64,000 bases of DNA from a virus. This document shows, piece after piece, positions 60,402 to 64,000 of this stretch (position 1 is the stretch's first letter; every line of letters begins with the position of its first letter). The stretch lies in the UHGV virus genome UHGV-0351052. One strand, written 5' to 3'. A model generated the notes under the pieces. That model made no database searches, was not told where the DNA came from, and worked only from the letters and a program-made list of their open reading frames with translations. Position numbers and translations under genes: made by a program.

Positions 60402-60507
60402 ATATTCCTCATAATGCTTTATAACTGTTGGTGGTATAATGGGTCTAAGTCCCTTCCATTCAATTCCATTTAGAACAAACAACAGAAAAGAATGGAAGAT
60501 AATAGAA

Positions 60508-61332
60508 TTAGATATTTGACCAGACTTTGTTTGCAGAGAAACGTTTTCCTTTTGAAACGAACTGCTGAAGTGGCATCAACACGACGTTCGCCCAGTCTTT
60601 CGGGGCGATTTCAACAAGGCTACCCATAATATTACCAGGTATATATGCCTTAATCATTTGGTCTGCACCCCTAAATCCTTTCACTTGACTCCAATCAATT
60701 TTTAATTTCGTTTTATTAGTAATAGTAGGTGTATTTGCATATTGCTTTAAAAGCTCTTCTAGAAATTGCTGACGAGCTTTAGGTGGAATATAGTGCAAGT
60801 TCAATCCGTACATTAAGTTATGCTTACCTAAACCAAGGTAAATTATCAAAGGAAATTTATCCCAGTAAGGAAGAGTTTCCTTGTGTTTAGCGTCATAAGC
60901 AAAAGCATATATTCGTCCCGGTTGCGGGCGAACAACTTTATGTCCTTTTACTTGCTTAATAGTTTCAGCAAACCATTTTCTGGTTTTATTATTAATTGCT
61001 GCACCTTCATTACGAATTTTATCGCGCAATGTTTGTCTGAATGAATTTATCATAAGCAGTTGTCTTTCTTGCTTATTGAGTTTATTCATTGGTTTTGATT
61101 CAAGCTTTTGAATCTTTTCAGCCGTTTTAATTCCTGAAGCATATTTTGACATTGCTGAAGTAAACGTAGAGTATTTAATTCCTCTTTCTTCAGCAAATTG
61201 CTTTCCTGTCATTCCTTTTGCTTTGGCCTTTTTATATTCAAGACCTATCTGAATCCATTTCTTTTCGTTTAATGATTGCTTAACCTTTGGAACTTGGGGA
61301 TTGCTTTCATTAATTATTTGAAAAATAGCCAT
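60508..61332 (-). CDS. 2: DNA end protector gp2
   Basis: 274 aa; T4 gp2 length and position. Confidence 0.85.
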   Translation of the reverse strand: MAIFQIINESNPQVPKVKQSLNEKKWIQIGLEYKKAKAKGMTGKQFAEERGIKYSTFTSAMSKYASGIKTAEKIQKLESKPMNKLNKQERQLLMINSFRQTLRDKIRNEGAAINNKTRKWFAETIKQVKGHKVVRPQPGRIYAFAYDAKHKETLPYWDKFPLIIYLGLGKHNLMYGLNLHYIPPKARQQFLEELLKQYANTPTITNKTKLKIDWSQVKGFRGADQMIKAYIPGNIMGSLVEIAPKDWANVVLMPLQQFVSKGKRFSANKVWSNI

Positions 61333-61784
61333 TATGCCCCCTTAAAGCCAAGAGCTCGTAATCCATCTTCTGTTAAAATTCTAAATTTTATTCCACGCTT
61401 TTCAGCTAAAGCTTGAGCTGCTTTCCATTTGTCAGTGTTCACAGACCAGGTATAAATTTCATTCATAAATCTTTTCTTCGCTGCGGTTGTTAGATGTGCG
61501 GGTTTAACCGGTGGTTGTGTTTCTTTTTTAGGTTTTATTTCAATAAAAAATTCTTGTCCAGAAGAATCTTTCATCCAAATATCCATGAAGTATCTACGTT
61601 TTTTCCCTTCTGCATTACAAAAATAAGGAATTACTGCTGTTTCACTACCCCATGCAATAATTTCTGGATTTTTATCTAACCATTCAAAAAAGAATTTTTC
61701 CCAATTTGATCTATACGTAATTTTTTTAGGGTCACCTCTATATTTTGATATATTTTTAGGAACCCATTTTCCAGAATATGCCAT
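61332..61784 (-). CDS. 4: head completion protein gp4
   Basis: 150 aa; T4 gp4 length and position. Confidence 0.85.
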   Translation of the reverse strand: MAYSGKWVPKNISKYRGDPKKITYRSNWEKFFFEWLDKNPEIIAWGSETAVIPYFCNAEGKKRRYFMDIWMKDSSGQEFFIEIKPKKETQPPVKPAHLTTAAKKRFMNEIYTWSVNTDKWKAAQALAEKRGIKFRILTEDGLRALGFKGA

Positions 61785-61795
61785 TGGATTCTCCT

Positions 61796-61818
61796 TATAA
61801 ATAGATAATATATTTATA
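61796..61818. promoter_or_regulatory. divergent late promoters (TATAAATA on each strand) for gene 4 (minus) and gene 53 (plus)
   Basis: plus-strand tataaata 61796-61803; minus-strand TATAAATA as plus tatttata 61811-61818. Confidence 0.6.
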
Positions 61819-61831
61819 AACAGGAGGGCCC

Positions 61832-62422
61832 ATGCTCTTTACATTTTTTGATCCGATTGAATATGCGGCCAAAACGGTGAATAAAAACGCGCCGACTATT
61901 CCTATGACAGATATTTTTAGAAACTATAAAGACTATTTTAAACGCGCTCTTGCGGGATACCGCTTACGTACTTATTATATCAAAGGTTCACCACGCCCGG
62001 AAGAATTAGCAAATACTATATATGGAAATCCACAGCTGTATTGGGTTTTATTGATGTGTAATGATAATTATGACCCGTATTATGGATGGATTACTTCACA
62101 AGAAGCAGCTTATCAAGCATCTATACAAAAATACAAAAACGTAGGTGGAGACCAGATAGTATATCATGTAAATGAGAACGGTGAAAAATTTTATAATTTA
62201 GTATCATACGATGATAATCCATATGTTTGGTATGACAAAGGCGATAAAGCTAGAAAATATCCTCAATATGAAGGAGCGCTTGCTGCGGTCGATACGTATG
62301 AAGCGGCTGTTCTTGAAAATGAAAAACTTCGTCAAATAAAAATAATAGCAAAATCAGACATCAATTCATTTATGAACGACCTTATACGTATAATGGAGAA
62401 ATCTTATGGAAATGATAAGTAA
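61832..62422 (+). CDS. 53: baseplate wedge protein gp53
   Basis: 196 aa; T4 gp53 length; strand switch to late plus-strand cluster. Confidence 0.85.
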   Translation: MLFTFFDPIEYAAKTVNKNAPTIPMTDIFRNYKDYFKRALAGYRLRTYYIKGSPRPEELANTIYGNPQLYWVLLMCNDNYDPYYGWITSQEAAYQASIQKYKNVGGDQIVYHVNENGEKFYNLVSYDDNPYVWYDKGDKARKYPQYEGALAAVDTYEAAVLENEKLRQIKIIAKSDINSFMNDLIRIMEKSYGNDK

Positions 62423-64000
62423 TAACCTTAATTGGTTTGTTGGTGTTGTTGAAGATAGAATGGACCCATTAAAATTAGGTCGTGTTCGTGTTCGTGTGGT
62501 TGGTCTGCATCCACCTCAAAGAGCACAAGGTGATGTAATGGGTATTCCAACTGAAAAATTACCATGGATGTCAGTTATTCAACCTATAACTTCTGCAGCA
62601 ATGTCAGGAATTGGAGGTTCTGTTACTGGACCGGTAGAAGGAACTAGAGTTTATGGTCATTTTTTAGACAAATGGAAAACTAACGGAATTGTCCTTGGCA
62701 CGTATGGTGGAATAGTTCGCGAAAAACCGAATAGACTTGAAGGATTTTCTGACCCAACTGGGCAATATCCTAGACGTTTAGGAAATGATACGAACGTACT
62801 AAACCAAGGCGGAGAAGTAGGATATGATTCGTCTTCTAACATTATCCAAGATAGTAACTTAGACACCGCAATAAATCCCGATGATAGACCACTATCAGAG
62901 ATTCCAACCGATGATAATCCAAATATGTCAATGGCTGACATGCTTCGCCGTGATGAAGGATTAAGATTAAAAGTTTATTGGGATACCGAAGGATATCCGA
63001 CAATTGGTATTGGTCATCTTATCATGAAACAGCCAGTTCGTGATATGGCTCAAATTAATAAAGTTTTATCAAAACAAGTTGGTCGTGAAATTACTGGAAA
63101 CCCAGGTTCTATTACAATGGAAGAGGCGACAGCTTTATTTGAGCGTGATTTGGCTGATATGCAACGTGACATTAAATCACATTCTAAAGTAGGACCAGTC
63201 TGGCAAGCTGTCAACCGTTCTCGTCAAATGGCATTAGAAAATATGGCATTTCAGATGGGTGTTAGTGGTGTAGCTAAATTTAACACAATGTTAACTGCTA
63301 TGTTAGCCGGAGATTGGGAAAAAGCATATAAAGCCGGTCGTGATTCATTGTGGTATCAACAAACAAAAGGCCGTGCATCCCGTGTTACTATGATTATTCT
63401 TACGGGAAATTTGGAATCATATGGTGTTGAAGTGAAAACCCCAGCTAGGTCTCTATCAGCAATGGCTGCTACTGTAGCTAAATCTTCTGACCCTGCTGAT
63501 CCTCCTATTCCAAATGACTCGAGAATTTTATTCAAAGAACCAGTTTCTTCATATAAAGGCGAATATCCTTATGTGCATACAATGGAAACTGAAAGCGGAC
63601 ATATCCAAGAATTTGATGATACCCCTGGGCAAGAACGATATAGATTAGTTCATCCAACTGGAACTTATGAAGAAGTATCACCATCAGGAAGAAGAACAAG
63701 AAAAACTGTCGATAATTTATATGATATAACCAACTCTGATGGTAATTTTTTGGTAGCCGGTGATAAAAAGACTAACGTCGGTGGATCAGAAATTTATTAC
63801 AACATGGATAATCGTTTACATCAAATCGATGGAAGCAATACAATATTTGTACGTGGCGATGAAACTAAGACAGTTGAAGGTAATGGAACTATCCTAGTCA
63901 AAGGTAATGTTACTATTATAGTTGAAGGTAATGCTGACATTACAGTTAAAGGAGATGCTACCACTTTAGTTGAAGGTAATCAAACTAATACAGTAAATGG
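62406..64000 (+). CDS. 5: baseplate hub / tail lysozyme gp5, partial (3-prime end beyond window)
   Basis: Hand-translated MEMISNNLNWFVGVVEDRMDPLKLGRVRVRVVGLHPP...; contains lysozyme domain paralogous to gene e and start of VEGN beta-helix repeats; runs to window end. Confidence 0.9.
   Translation, partial: MEMISNNLNWFVGVVEDRMDPLKLGRVRVRVVGLHPPQRAQGDVMGIPTEKLPWMSVIQPITSAAMSGIGGSVTGPVEGTRVYGHFLDKWKTNGIVLGTYGGIVREKPNRLEGFSDPTGQYPRRLGNDTNVLNQGGEVGYDSSSNIIQDSNLDTAINPDDRPLSEIPTDDNPNMSMADMLRRDEGLRLKVYWDTEGYPTIGIGHLIMKQPVRDMAQINKVLSKQVGREITGNPGSITMEEATALFERDLADMQRDIKSHSKVGPVWQAVNRSRQMALENMAFQMGVSGVAKFNTMLTAMLAGDWEKAYKAGRDSLWYQQTKGRASRVTMIILTGNLESYGVEVKTPARSLSAMAATVAKSSDPADPPIPNDSRILFKEPVSSYKGEYPYVHTMETESGHIQEFDDTPGQERYRLVHPTGTYEEVSPSGRRTRKTVDNLYDITNSDGNFLVAGDKKTNVGGSEIYYNMDNRLHQIDGSNTIFVRGDETKTVEGNGTILVKGNVTIIVEGNADITVKGDATTLVEGNQTNTVN

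Noticed and set aside
62470-62500. Short tandem repeat cgtgttcgtgttcgtgtgg
   Set aside because: It is inside gene 5 and simply encodes the RVRVRVV strand of the gp5 N-terminal domain; no evidence of slippage or regulatory role.
62940-63400. Similarity between the gene 5 lysozyme domain and gene e (50472-50966) as a recent duplication or mobile element
   Set aside because: This is the known ancient paralogy between the T4 tail lysozyme domain and the soluble endolysin; it is conserved at protein level only and is not a repeat element.

Overview
This window is a near-contiguous stretch of a T4-like (T-even, Tevenvirinae) phage genome, almost entirely transcribed on the minus strand, switching to the plus strand at genes 53 and 5 at the right end. 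All identifications are from reading the six-frame translations and the nucleotide sequence against remembered T4 proteins and signals; no database search was run. Gene order from left to right is: mod-like ADP-ribosyltransferase (partial), soc, 56, dam, 61, sp, dmd, 41, 40, uvsX, a glycosyltransferase at the beta-gt locus, 42, imm, 43, regA, 62, 44, 45, rpbA, 46, 47, a-gt, 55, nrdH, nrdG, nrdD, 49, pin, nrdC, a long block of hypothetical genes, rI, tk, vs, regB, a GrcA-like gene, ipIII, e (lysozyme), nudE, a stable-RNA region, tRNA-Arg, segB, seven tRNAs (Gln-Leu-Gly-Pro-Ser-Thr-Ile), an IP-locus gene, 57B, 57A, 1, 3, 2, 4, then 53 and the start of 5. Many proteins look identical or nearly identical to T4 (lysozyme e, a-gt, dam, regB, endo VII, gp5 N-terminus), but the phage is not T4 itself: nrdD is intron-free, denV and ipII are absent, the beta-gt locus holds a different 282-aa DxD glycosyltransferase, and the IP-locus gene differs from T4 IPI. 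Regulatory signals are dense and readable: more than 15 minus-strand early promoters sharing a conserved motif with GTTTAC at -35, UUCG-tetraloop hairpins, late promoters (TATAAATA), a recognisable gene 43 translational operator, and a strong terminator closing the tRNA/stable-RNA unit. The most interesting loci are the variable or accessory ones: the IP-locus protein with a capsid-targeting leader, a small 61.1-like ORF with the same leader, a nucleotidyltransferase/P-loop ATPase/DUF4031-like cluster, a mosaic GrcA-like gene with host-like GC-rich 3-prime half, a macro-domain protein, the anti-CBASS candidates 57B (Acb1) and vs.4 (Acb2-like), and a family of at least six small paralogous proteins around rI/tk. 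Coordinates of features I delineated by eye (tRNAs, hairpins, promoters, adjusted starts, small ORFs not in the track) may be off by 1-2 nt.
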